Source: an uncultured Alphaproteobacteria bacterium
GTDB lineage: Bacteria; Pseudomonadota; Alphaproteobacteria; HIMB59; GCA-002718135
Assembly: GCA_902541435.1 (NCBI GenBank)
Contig: CACBQR010000002.1
Location: 515-64,514, forward strand
Length of the DNA: 64,000 bases
Reading direction: 5' to 3'
Shown one piece after another: positions 27,145-37,080 of the stretch; position 1 is the first letter of the stretch; every line of letters begins with the position of its first letter. Below the pieces are notes generated by a model. It worked only from the letters and a program-made list of their open reading frames with translations, made no database searches and was not told the DNA's origin. The position numbers and the translations under genes were made by a program.

Positions 27145-27166
27145 AATTTCAATAAAAATTTAGAAG

Positions 27167-28405
27167 ATGTTTAAGGTACTACAAAACACTTGGGCTCTTT
27201 TTTTTGGCTTTGCATTAATTAGTCTTGGTCATGGTTTGCAAGGAACACTAATTGGTGTTCGTTCTGTTTTAGAAGGTTTTAGTTTTTTTGCATCTGGACT
27301 TATTATAGCTGGTTATTACGTTGGATACTTAACTGGTGCATTAACAATTCCAATTTTTTTACAACGTGTTGGTCACATAAGAGTTTTTGCCGCTTTAGCA
27401 TCGCTTGCTTCTATTGCTATATTATTACACTCAGTATTTGTTCATCCCTATTCATGGATGTTTATACGAATATTAACTGGTTTAAGTCTTGCCGGAATTT
27501 ATGTCATCATGGAGAGTTGGTTAAATGAAAAATCAACTAATCAAACTCGTGGTCAGTTACTTTCCGTTTATATGATTATAACATTTGTATTTGTTGGAGC
27601 AGGACAATTTTTATTAAATTTAGGTGATCCAGCTAAAGTTGATTTATTTATTTTAGTCTCAATCTTATTATCATTCGCACTTCTTCCTATTCTTTTATCT
27701 TCAACAGAACAGCCAAATACAGAAAGTCCTAAATTTTTTTCTTTGAGCGAATTTTATACTGTTTCACCCTTAGGTTTTGTTGGCGCGTTAGCAACTGGTT
27801 TATCGCATAGTGCAGTTTTTGGGTACGGTGCAATTTATGCATCATCTATTAATTTAAGCTTATTTGAAATTTCTCTGTATATGATGATTATAACGTCAGC
27901 TGGCGCTCTATCCCAATGGCCTATTGGATATTTATCAGATAGAATTGATAGACGTGTTATTCTTATTGGTGTTTCTTTTATGGCTGCTGGTTTGAGTTTA
28001 TTTTTTGTTTTTGCAAACTTTATGCCACTAACATTATTCTTAATTTTTACTGGTCTTTTTTCAGTTGCTTGTTTACCAATGTATTCACTAACGATTGCTC
28101 ATACAAATGACTTCTTACAACCTAATGAGATAGTATCAGCGAGTGCAACCTTTGGCATACTTATTGGTATTGGATCAATTATCGGACCTTTGTTTGTTTC
28201 TGGTTTCATGGAAATTTTGGGAGCAGTAGGTTTTTACATCTATTTATTTTTAATACATGGACTGCTAGGTCTGTTTGGTTTGTATAGAATGACACAAAGA
28301 ACTAAACCACGTGATCTTGAATCACAATATAATCCTTTACCACGAAATATTAGTCCTGCTGGTATGGAAATGAACCCCGTTACTGAGCCAACTGAGGACG
28401 AGTAA
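27167..28405 (+). CDS. MFS transporter
   Basis: 412 aa, about 12 TM, with an MFS-like G..SDR.DRR loop (YLSDRIDRRV). Confidence 0.75.
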   Translation: MFKVLQNTWALFFGFALISLGHGLQGTLIGVRSVLEGFSFFASGLIIAGYYVGYLTGALTIPIFLQRVGHIRVFAALASLASIAILLHSVFVHPYSWMFIRILTGLSLAGIYVIMESWLNEKSTNQTRGQLLSVYMIITFVFVGAGQFLLNLGDPAKVDLFILVSILLSFALLPILLSSTEQPNTESPKFFSLSEFYTVSPLGFVGALATGLSHSAVFGYGAIYASSINLSLFEISLYMMIITSAGALSQWPIGYLSDRIDRRVILIGVSFMAAGLSLFFVFANFMPLTLFLIFTGLFSVACLPMYSLTIAHTNDFLQPNEIVSASATFGILIGIGSIIGPLFVSGFMEILGAVGFYIYLFLIHGLLGLFGLYRMTQRTKPRDLESQYNPLPRNISPAGMEMNPVTEPTEDE

Positions 28406-28985
28406 GTCTTTTAAATATTCTGTGAATTAACAAGAGAATAATTATTCCCATATAAATGACTGGTTCGGTTTTATCAGCGCGAACTAAAACATAAAAATGC
28501 ATACTGGCCAGAATAGCTACTGGGTAAATTAAATAATGAATTTTCTTCCATAATTTAAAACCTAGTCGTTTAATCATATTGTTTGTTGAAGTACTAGCAA
28601 GCGGGATTAAAAAAAGAAAACTTATAAAACCAAAAGTTATAAACGGTCTTTTTATAATATCTTGTATGATAAATTGTATATCTAAAAAATGATCTAAAAC
28701 TATGTAAGTGGAGAAATGCAAACAGACATAATAGAAAGCAAAAAGTCCAATCATTCTTCGTAATACAACTATCGATTTTAAAGTTCTAATATTTGATAGA
28801 GTAGTAATCATAAGAGTTATTATTATTAATCTGAGTGCCATTAGACCTAACTCATCCATTAGTTTTTCAATTGGATTTACTCCAAGATTCCCAGTAACAA
28901 ATTGGTATGCCCAGAGTAGACTAGGAAATAGAATTAAAATAAATAAGACAGGTTTACTGCGATTAAAATTTCTTGTTGAAAACAT
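28380..28985 (-). CDS. msrQ: protein-methionine-sulfoxide reductase heme-binding subunit MsrQ (YedZ)
   Basis: 201 aa ferric-reductase-like membrane protein immediately downstream of msrP. Confidence 0.75.
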   Translation of the reverse strand: MFSTRNFNRSKPVLFILILFPSLLWAYQFVTGNLGVNPIEKLMDELGLMALRLIIITLMITTLSNIRTLKSIVVLRRMIGLFAFYYVCLHFSTYIVLDHFLDIQFIIQDIIKRPFITFGFISFLFLIPLASTSTNNMIKRLGFKLWKKIHYLIYPVAILASMHFYVLVRADKTEPVIYMGIIILLLIHRIFKRLTRPQLAQ

Positions 28986-28988
28986 TCA

Positions 28989-29906
28989 TTAATAAAATTT
29001 AGTCAAATCTAAATCTTTATAGAGATGTGCTACTTCTTCTTCATAGCCATTAAACATAAGTGTTTCTCTTCTTTTAAACTCTCCAATTCGTCTCTCTGTT
29101 CCTTGACTCCATCTTGGATGATTAACATTAGGATTAACATTAGCATAAAAACCATATTCCCAAGGAGCTAAAGTTTCCCAAGATGTTTCAGGTTGAGTAT
29201 CTAAAAATCTTATTTCCACAATTGATTTAATTGATTTAAAACCATACTTCCATGGAACTACTAATCTGATGGGTGCACCATTTTGATTAGGCATTTCATG
29301 ACCATACAATCCAGTTGCTAATATTGTTAGAGGATTCATTGCTTCATCCATTCGAAGTCCTTCTCTATATGGCCAAATAATTGTTCTCTTTTGCTGACCT
29401 GGCATTTCTTCCGGCCTGAACACAGTTACAAATTGAACATACTTTGCTGAACTTAAAGGTTCGGCCATTTTTATAAGTTCAGATAACTGAAAACCTTGCC
29501 AAGGAATAACCATGGACCATGCTTCAACACATCTTAATCTATAAACCCTATCTTCTATTGTTACATTTGATAAAATTTTTTCTAAGTCAAATGTTTGAGG
29601 CTTTTTCACAAGACCATCTATTTTTATTGTCCATGGCCTAGGTTTAAAATTTCCAGAATTTAAATGGGGATGTTTTTTATGAGTTCCAAACTCATAAAAA
29701 TTATTGTACGTTGTGATTTCTTCGTAAGAATTAAGTTTGTCGTTTTCATTTAGATTTTTAGTATAAATTGAAAGATCACTATCGTGGTTTGCAAATGCTG
29801 ATGAGGTAACCGTTGCTAGCATGGCGCTAGCTAAAGATCCCTTTATAAACTTACGTCTATTTAAATATGTCTTATAGGGTGTGATTTCAGATCCTAAAAT
29901 TTTCAT
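28989..29906 (-). CDS. msrP: protein-methionine-sulfoxide reductase catalytic subunit MsrP (YedY, molybdopterin)
   Basis: 305 aa. Tat-like RRKFIKGSLA signal. YNNFYEFG, RLRCVEAWSMVIPW and PIRLVVPWKYGFKS are characteristic YedY blocks. Confidence 0.85.
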   Translation of the reverse strand: MKILGSEITPYKTYLNRRKFIKGSLASAMLATVTSSAFANHDSDLSIYTKNLNENDKLNSYEEITTYNNFYEFGTHKKHPHLNSGNFKPRPWTIKIDGLVKKPQTFDLEKILSNVTIEDRVYRLRCVEAWSMVIPWQGFQLSELIKMAEPLSSAKYVQFVTVFRPEEMPGQQKRTIIWPYREGLRMDEAMNPLTILATGLYGHEMPNQNGAPIRLVVPWKYGFKSIKSIVEIRFLDTQPETSWETLAPWEYGFYANVNPNVNHPRWSQGTERRIGEFKRRETLMFNGYEEEVAHLYKDLDLTKFY

Positions 29907-29957
29907 AATAATAATATATATCTTAAATATTAAAATTGAAGATTTGCTTCAATAATC

Positions 29958-30365
29958 TTAGCTTTTAAAATGGGAGTTATATTTATTTAGTATTTTTTCT
30001 GGCCATGTACTTTTGATAAATTCAAGAATAGACCAAACATCGTCATCTGATAACGCATCATTACCAAGCATTTTACCTTCATAATCAGGATTTGATTTTT
30101 TAAAACCATATTTAATGACATGAAATAATTGTGCAGGAGAGTGGTGCCAAGTATGCCCAGTGCCATTAAGAGGAGGTGCTCTTCTATGGCCATCTTCATC
30201 TAACGATTTATCCCACTCTTCATGACCTGCTAAATTACCCATATGACACCCTGCACAATTTTCAGCATATAGTTTCATACCTTTAAAAATATCAACTTCT
30301 GCTGCATGAATACTATGTCCAATACATAATATTATAAGTACCGAAATTAATTTAAGGGTTTGCAT
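29958..30365 (-). CDS. c-type cytochrome (class I-like)
   Basis: 135 aa, signal peptide, CAGCH heme-binding motif. Confidence 0.75.
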   Translation of the reverse strand: MQTLKLISVLIILCIGHSIHAAEVDIFKGMKLYAENCAGCHMGNLAGHEEWDKSLDEDGHRRAPPLNGTGHTWHHSPAQLFHVIKYGFKKSNPDYEGKMLGNDALSDDDVWSILEFIKSTWPEKILNKYNSHFKS

Positions 30366-30433
30366 TCTACTTATATAATTTTCTAAATTTATATTTCATT
30401 ACAAATCTGTCTTTTTTTTGATAGGATATATCT

Positions 30434-32224
30434 ATGAAAAAATTTCTAATCGCATTTGCCATTTTAACTTCAATAATTGCACTTAACAAACATGCGTACA
30501 GTGATAAAGTTCACGGTATTGCAATGCATGGAACACCAAAGTATGCCAGTGATTTTGAAAATCTAGATTATGTAAACCCAAATGCACCTAAAGGTGGAAC
30601 GGTAAAATTTGGATCATATGGTTCTTTTGATAATCTTAATAGAGTAGCATTTAAAGGTTCTAAAGCTGCTGGTCTTGGGTATGTTAATGATACGTTAATG
30701 AGAAGAGTATGGGATGAAGCATTCTCTCTCTATGGTTTAATAGCTGAAAAAGTAGAATTGCCTGAAGATAGATCATCTATAACTTTTTATTTAAATGCAA
30801 ATGCAACCTTTCATGATGGCTCACCAATAACACGCGATGATGTATTGTTTAGTCTAGAAACATTTCAAACAAAAGGTACTCCAAATCAGAAAAAAACATA
30901 TGGCAAAGTTGTTGAAACTCAATTGATTGGAAATGATGGAATAAAAATGATTTTTGAAAATAATGAAGATAAAGAATTGCCTCTTATTATTGCGGGCTTT
31001 CTTCCTATCATTCCAAAAAAGTTTTATGAAAATCTTGATGTTACAAAAACATTTTTAGATATCCCTCTAGGCAGTGGTCCATACCAAGTTGATAGTCTCG
31101 ATCCAGGCCGTCAAATAAAATACAAACGCGTTGAAAATTATTGGGCAAAAGATTTACCAGTAAATAAAGGTCTCTATAATTTTGATACAATTATTTATGA
31201 TTATTACAAAGACTCAAATGTCTTAGTTGAAGCATTTAAGGTTGGTGAATACGACTTTAGAAGAGAGTACAATGTTAAACGTTGGTTATCAGAATATGAT
31301 TTCAAAGCTGTTCAGAATGGAGAGGTAATACTGACAGAAATGAATAACGATAGACCTGTTGGAATGAATGGTCTTGTGATGAATACAAGACGTGACATAT
31401 TTAATAATAGAAATGTAAGACTTGCTTTAAGTTATGCCTATGATCATGAATGGATTAATAAAACAATATATCAAAATGCTTATGTGAGAACAGATAGTTA
31501 TTTTGATAATTCACCATTAGCCTCTTCAGGCTTACCGTCAAAAAATGAGTTAGAATTACTGAATGTATGGAAAGATGAAATTCCAGCAGAGGTATTTACG
31601 GAATCATTTACGCCACCTATTACGGATGGAAGTGGTAATGACCGTAAAAATTTATTGAAAGCAAAAGAAATACTTGAAAAAGAGGGATGGTTTGTTGAAA
31701 ATGGAAAACTGGTAAAAGATGGAAAAGAATTCAAGTTTGAGTTCTTGATTGTCAGTCCATCTGATGAGAAAATTGCCTTAGCCTATCAAAGTAATTTAAA
31801 AAAACTTGGCATTACAATGGATGTAAGAACTGTTGATTCATCACAGTATCAAGAACGTTTGTTAAGTTATGATTTTGATATGATTAAAAGATATTGGGGT
31901 GTCAGTTTAAGCCCAGGAAATGAGCAACAATTTTATTGGGGATCAGAAGTTGGTCAAAAAGATGGAAGCAGAAATTATCCTGGTATCAATAGTCCAGCAG
32001 TTGATGCATTAATTGAAAAACTAATTAGTGCAACAAATAGAGAAGAATTAACAACGGCGATCCACGCACTTGATAGAGTATTGTTATGGGGTCACTATGT
32101 AGTTCCTCTTTATCATAGCAACAAAGACAGAATTGCTTATTGGGATTTTTTTGAATACCCAGACGAAATTCCACTTTACGGAATTGTAATTGAGTCTTGG
32201 TGGATTAATAAAGATAAACAATAA
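30434..32224 (+). CDS. ABC transporter substrate-binding protein, family 5 (peptide/YejA-like), orphan
   Basis: 596 aa with signal peptide. Family-5 SBP size and layout. No adjacent permease genes. Confidence 0.7.
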   Translation: MKKFLIAFAILTSIIALNKHAYSDKVHGIAMHGTPKYASDFENLDYVNPNAPKGGTVKFGSYGSFDNLNRVAFKGSKAAGLGYVNDTLMRRVWDEAFSLYGLIAEKVELPEDRSSITFYLNANATFHDGSPITRDDVLFSLETFQTKGTPNQKKTYGKVVETQLIGNDGIKMIFENNEDKELPLIIAGFLPIIPKKFYENLDVTKTFLDIPLGSGPYQVDSLDPGRQIKYKRVENYWAKDLPVNKGLYNFDTIIYDYYKDSNVLVEAFKVGEYDFRREYNVKRWLSEYDFKAVQNGEVILTEMNNDRPVGMNGLVMNTRRDIFNNRNVRLALSYAYDHEWINKTIYQNAYVRTDSYFDNSPLASSGLPSKNELELLNVWKDEIPAEVFTESFTPPITDGSGNDRKNLLKAKEILEKEGWFVENGKLVKDGKEFKFEFLIVSPSDEKIALAYQSNLKKLGITMDVRTVDSSQYQERLLSYDFDMIKRYWGVSLSPGNEQQFYWGSEVGQKDGSRNYPGINSPAVDALIEKLISATNREELTTAIHALDRVLLWGHYVVPLYHSNKDRIAYWDFFEYPDEIPLYGIVIESWWINKDKQ

Positions 32225-32245
32225 AATAAGTAATCAAATATTTTT

Positions 32246-33130
32246 ATGAGTCATACAAGAGCTAACATACTCATGTTAATTGCCTCACTTATATGGGGAA
32301 CAGCTTTTGTAAGCCAAACTACTGGAATGGGAGCCATAGGTCCTTTTACTTTTAGCTTTGGAAGATTCTTTTTTGCTTTTTTAACAGTAATTCCATTTGC
32401 GATTTATCTAGAACAACAAAATATTGTTAAAATATTAAGTGATAGAAAAAAAGTTTATCTTTGTTTAGCTACAGGTTTTTTTCTTTTTGGTGGTATGGGT
32501 CTTCAACAATACGCTTTACAAAAATCATTAATATCAAATGCTGCTTTTCTTAGCACTCTTTACGTTCCTTTTGTTGGTATAATTTCAAGATTCATAATTA
32601 AAAAACAGGTACACTGGATTATCTGGATTGCTATTTTACTTTGTTTGTATGGATCATATCTTTTGTCCTCTAATCAATCAGTTGAAATTCAACAATCAGA
32701 TTCACTCTTGTTTATTGCTGCTTTATTTTTTGCCTTACATATTATTTGTATCGATATTTTTATGAAAGAACTTAACAGTCCTTTTTTATTTGGAAGTATT
32801 CAGTACTTTATTGTTTTTATTTTATCTATGATCTTAGCTTTTATGTGGGAGGAACCAAAGCTGTCAAATATGCAAATTGAATGGTTTGAAATTTTATATA
32901 CAGGTATTTTTTCTGCTGGCATTGGGTATACACTTCAAATTATTGCTCAACATAAAGCTAATCCTGCTCCTGCTGCTATCATTTTATCAATGGAATCAGT
33001 CTTTGCTGCAATAGCAGGTTGGATACTTTTAAATCAAATTTTAGACACACAAAAAATACTTGGATGCCTTGCAATATTTGTTGGAGTCATTATAGTACAA
33101 TTAGTACCTATAATAATTAAACAAAAATGA
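32246..33130 (+). CDS. EamA/DMT-family transporter
   Basis: 294 aa, 10 TM, LIWGT.F in the first helix. Confidence 0.7.
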   Translation: MSHTRANILMLIASLIWGTAFVSQTTGMGAIGPFTFSFGRFFFAFLTVIPFAIYLEQQNIVKILSDRKKVYLCLATGFFLFGGMGLQQYALQKSLISNAAFLSTLYVPFVGIISRFIIKKQVHWIIWIAILLCLYGSYLLSSNQSVEIQQSDSLLFIAALFFALHIICIDIFMKELNSPFLFGSIQYFIVFILSMILAFMWEEPKLSNMQIEWFEILYTGIFSAGIGYTLQIIAQHKANPAPAAIILSMESVFAAIAGWILLNQILDTQKILGCLAIFVGVIIVQLVPIIIKQK

Positions 33131-34101
33131 GTGATAAATTAGATGTAGTTGGAATTGGAAATGCTATGGTAGATGCCATAATTCCTTCCAATCAAAGTGA
33201 AATTGAAAAACATGAAATTAATAGAGATTCTATGAATCTTATTGATGAAAATTTGAAAAATAATTTGCATGAAAGTTATTCCATCAGAGAAATGGCTGGT
33301 GGAGGTTCCCTTGGTAACTCCATGTTTGGTATCACCTCTTTTGGCGGTAATGGAAGTTTTATTGGAAAAATTAAAAATGATGAAATTGGAGTATATCTTC
33401 AAAAAGATATGATCCGGGAAGGATTAAAATTTCCATTGGGATTTACATCTCCTGATATTTCAACTGGATGTTGTACAATTTTTGTTGAAGAAGATGGAAC
33501 AAGAACAATGTGTACTTTTCTTGGTGCTGGAACATTAATAGGTCCTGAAGATATAAAAGAGGATGATATTAAAAATCATAAGATTGCATATTTAGAAGGC
33601 TACTTGTGGGACAATGAGAATGCAAAAAAGGCTATGAAAAAAATGGTAGATATTTGTAAGGCTGATAATCAAAAAATTGCATTTACTTTATCTGATCTTT
33701 TTTGTGTTGATAGACACAGAGACTCTTTTAAAGAATTAATAACTGAGAATGTTGATATTCTTTTTGCTAACGAAGATGAAATCAAAGCAATGGCACAAAC
33801 AGAAAGTTTTGAAGAAGGTCTAGAATATGCAAAATCATTAAATATAATTGCTGCTATTACTAAAGGAAGTAGTGGATCAGTTATTGTTTCTGGTACTGAC
33901 ATCACTGAAGTTGCTGCAAAAAAAGTAGAAAAAGTTGTAGATACAACTGGAGCTGGAGATTTATTTGCAGCTGGTTTTTTATTTGGTTATTCTAAAGGTA
34001 AAGCAATGGATGAATGCGGTAATTACGCTTCAATTGCTGCCGCAGAAATTATTTCTCATTATGGTGCAAGACCTTTAGTAAAATTATCTAGTTTAATTTA
34101 G
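33127..34101 (+). CDS. PfkB-family kinase, adenosine kinase-like
   Basis: 324 aa. N-terminal VVGIGNAMVD and C-terminal DTTGAGDLFAAGFLFG. Confidence 0.75.
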   Translation: MSDKLDVVGIGNAMVDAIIPSNQSEIEKHEINRDSMNLIDENLKNNLHESYSIREMAGGGSLGNSMFGITSFGGNGSFIGKIKNDEIGVYLQKDMIREGLKFPLGFTSPDISTGCCTIFVEEDGTRTMCTFLGAGTLIGPEDIKEDDIKNHKIAYLEGYLWDNENAKKAMKKMVDICKADNQKIAFTLSDLFCVDRHRDSFKELITENVDILFANEDEIKAMAQTESFEEGLEYAKSLNIIAAITKGSSGSVIVSGTDITEVAAKKVEKVVDTTGAGDLFAAGFLFGYSKGKAMDECGNYASIAAAEIISHYGARPLVKLSSLI

Positions 34102-35068
34102 TTAATAATTTATTTTTATTTTCATCATCGCAAAAAGAATATTTTATTGCGTTATGAGTAAGGGAAGTTAGCTCCTTTTCATTTAAACCTAAATCTTCCA
34201 TGACTTTATATTCACCGTTTATCGTTGCATTAAAAAAAGGAGGATCATCAGAATTGACTGTTACTTTTACTCCTTGATCAAATAACGCTTTCACAGGATG
34301 ATCTACATAATCTTCATAAATCTTAGTTGCAATATTACTTGTTGGACAAGTTTCTAGAATAATATCTTTATCAATTATTTCTTTTACTAAATCAGGATCC
34401 TCTATTGATCGAACTCCGTGGCCTAATCTTGTTGGATGCAGTAGGTTAATAGCATTTCTTATATTTACAGGACCATCCCATTCACCTGCATGAACAGTGA
34501 TTGGAAAATTTTCTTTTTTTAACATATCAAATGTTTCAACAAATAAATTTGGTGGAAAATGCAATTCATCCCCAGCCAAACCAAAACCAACTAAACAAGG
34601 ATGAGGATTATTTAAAACTTCTTTTGCAGTTCCTTGAACTGACTCTGGTCCTAAATGTCTGATGCCATTCATTATGTAACGTGAAACAATACCAAAATCC
34701 TCTTCAGCTTTTTTGGAAGCTTCATAGACTCCTTCAATAAAAGAATGATAAGTCATGCCTTTTTCTTTAGCATGAGTTGAGGAAATCATTGCTTCGACAT
34801 AAAGAACATTATTAGCGGCACAATCTTTTAAATATTCATACGTTAATTCAAAATAATCTTCTGGCGTGTGTATTACAGAAGTAACAATGTCATACTTTTT
34901 TATAAAATCATAAAAATCATCCCATTGGTATGCGTATTTTGAACCAAACATTTCATCAGGTATTTCATGATTATTACGTTTGGCAAATTTCTTACATAAA
35001 TCTGGCGTAATGGTTGCTTCTAAATGAACATGAATTTCTGCTTTTTTAACTGCATTAAAAATATTCAT
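34088..35068 (-). CDS. add: adenosine deaminase
   Basis: KAEIHVHLEA, VGFGLAGDE, HAGE and NSDDPPFF. The start is moved to the ATG at 35068 (MNIFNAVKK...) rather than the ORF-track start at 35107. Confidence 0.85.
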   Translation of the reverse strand: MNIFNAVKKAEIHVHLEATITPDLCKKFAKRNNHEIPDEMFGSKYAYQWDDFYDFIKKYDIVTSVIHTPEDYFELTYEYLKDCAANNVLYVEAMISSTHAKEKGMTYHSFIEGVYEASKKAEEDFGIVSRYIMNGIRHLGPESVQGTAKEVLNNPHPCLVGFGLAGDELHFPPNLFVETFDMLKKENFPITVHAGEWDGPVNIRNAINLLHPTRLGHGVRSIEDPDLVKEIIDKDIILETCPTSNIATKIYEDYVDHPVKALFDQGVKVTVNSDDPPFFNATINGEYKVMEDLGLNEKELTSLTHNAIKYSFCDDENKNKLLTKLN

Positions 35069-35097
35069 ATAAATAAAATTACCTATATAATAATAAT

Positions 35098-36009
35098 ATG
35101 GAAGCAAGAATAAACAGAAGAAGCTTTGTTTTTGGCGCTAGTTGCTCTTTATGTGGTTCTGTGATTTTACCTTCTTGTACACAGGTACCATTAACAAATC
35201 GAAGTCAACTTAATTTATATGATAGCAACCTACCTATAATTTTAATGGGAGGTGGTGTTCTTGGTACTCCAAAAATTTATCCCAATGAAAGATCTCTAAA
35301 TCAAGAAGTTGAGAAAACATATTCAAGATTTTTATCAAAAGCTAAAGAAGATAAAATTTTATTAGATAACACAGATGAATCTAAAAAAATTGAAGAAATT
35401 GGAAAAGAAATTTATACCTCTCTGGATACGTTTTATCTTAATAAGCGTGAAAAAAATCCTGTAGAAAATTTTAATTGGCAATTTGCTCTAATTGAATCTG
35501 ATACAAAAAATGCATGGTGTATGCCTGGTGGTAAAATTGCTTTCTATACTGGCATACTTCCTGTTTGTAAAAATGATGACGGGATTGCTGCAGTTATGGG
35601 TCATGAAATTGCACATGCATTTGCTAGACACACAGTAGAAAAATTAACTCAAGCATCTATGATGCAAATGGCAACAATTGGAATATCGCGAAGTAAATAT
35701 GCAGAACTTCTTAATAAATCTTTTAGAGTAGGAAATGTAGGAGGTAATGTTTACAACTCCGTTGTAAAGTATGGTATTTTTCTTCCATTTAGTAGAAAGA
35801 TGGAAAGTGAAGCTGATTACTTAGGCATGGGATTTATGAATCTTGCTGGATTTAATATTAAAGAACCAGCTAAATTATGGCAAAGAATGATGTCAGGTCA
35901 AGAAGGGAGGGTGTCTGAATTTATGGGATCACATCCAAGTCCTGATAATAGATCAAAAAAGTTTCTTGAATGGGAAAGTGAAATTTTAGATAAATTTCCC
36001 CAAGTTTAA
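35098..36009 (+). CDS. M48-family Zn metallopeptidase (lipoprotein-like)
   Basis: 303 aa. Signal/lipobox-like N-terminus (ASCSLCGS), HEIAHAFARH zinc motif, distal E.EAD. Confidence 0.75.
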   Translation: MEARINRRSFVFGASCSLCGSVILPSCTQVPLTNRSQLNLYDSNLPIILMGGGVLGTPKIYPNERSLNQEVEKTYSRFLSKAKEDKILLDNTDESKKIEEIGKEIYTSLDTFYLNKREKNPVENFNWQFALIESDTKNAWCMPGGKIAFYTGILPVCKNDDGIAAVMGHEIAHAFARHTVEKLTQASMMQMATIGISRSKYAELLNKSFRVGNVGGNVYNSVVKYGIFLPFSRKMESEADYLGMGFMNLAGFNIKEPAKLWQRMMSGQEGRVSEFMGSHPSPDNRSKKFLEWESEILDKFPQV

Positions 36010-36030
36010 TTTTAGTGTAATAGGTATTTT

Positions 36031-37077
36031 ATGATTGCTGTTGAAGTTAAAGATCTTACTCATTCAATTAATAATAAAAAAATTTTAAATAATATTAATT
36101 TTAATCTCAATAAAGATAGTATCTCTTGTATTTTGGGACCGTCAGGTAGTGGAAAAACTACTTTATTAAAGCTCATAGCAGGTCTTGAAAAAGTACAATC
36201 AGGTAAAATTATTATTAATGGTGAAGAAGTAAGCAGTACTGCAAAACACTTACCTACAGAAAAAAGAAAAATTGGTTTTTTATTTCAAGATTACGCTCTA
36301 TTCCCACATTTGACAGTAAAAGAAAATTTGAGATTTCCAACTAACGCTAAAAATTCAACTAATAATGTTGATGAAATTATTGAATTAATAAAATTACCTA
36401 ATTCACTAGATAAATACCCACACGAGTTAAGTGGTGGTGAACAACAAAGAGTTGCACTTGCACGATCTATAATTTCACAACCCGATTTACTTTTATTAGA
36501 TGAGCCTTTTTCAAGTTTAGATTTAAGCCTTCGAGAAGAGGTGAGAGATGATACGCTGCATCTATTACAAAAATCAAATGTGACTGTAATTATAGTCACT
36601 CATGATCCTTTCGAGGCAATGTTTATCTCAAATCATATAAATATTTTTGATAAATCAGGTTCGATTGTACAGTCAGGAACTCCAAATGATCTCTATAACA
36701 ATCCAAAAAATTCATATGTTACAGGTTTTTTTGGTGAAACAAATAAATTTGAAGGTGTCGTTAAAGAATCTCACATTTACACACCGGTTGGGAAAATTAA
36801 AACACCTGGAAATTTAGAAGGTGAAAAAGTTGTGGTACACATAAGACCTCAAGGTATAAAACTCAACAAACAACCAACACCAGTTAATGGAATTAAGGGA
36901 ACTGTTATGGCGTCAAAATTAATGGGGTCATTTAGTTTTATCCATTTATCTGTGTTAGATAATAATAATGAAGTTGTTCATGTTCATAGCCACATGCCTG
37001 CTGACTTTAATCCAAAACAATCGTCTGCAGTCGAGATAGAAATTGATAATGATCAGGCTTACATTTTTAAGAATTAA
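36031..37077 (+). CDS. ABC transporter ATP-binding protein, Fe3+/polyamine (FbpC/PotA) type
   Basis: 348 aa. GPSGSGKTT, LSGGEQQRV, LLLDEP, TOBE-like C-terminus. Convergent with the Fe3+ permease gene. Confidence 0.85.
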   Translation: MIAVEVKDLTHSINNKKILNNINFNLNKDSISCILGPSGSGKTTLLKLIAGLEKVQSGKIIINGEEVSSTAKHLPTEKRKIGFLFQDYALFPHLTVKENLRFPTNAKNSTNNVDEIIELIKLPNSLDKYPHELSGGEQQRVALARSIISQPDLLLLDEPFSSLDLSLREEVRDDTLHLLQKSNVTVIIVTHDPFEAMFISNHINIFDKSGSIVQSGTPNDLYNNPKNSYVTGFFGETNKFEGVVKESHIYTPVGKIKTPGNLEGEKVVVHIRPQGIKLNKQPTPVNGIKGTVMASKLMGSFSFIHLSVLDNNNEVVHVHSHMPADFNPKQSSAVEIEIDNDQAYIFKN

Positions 37078-37080
37078 GTT

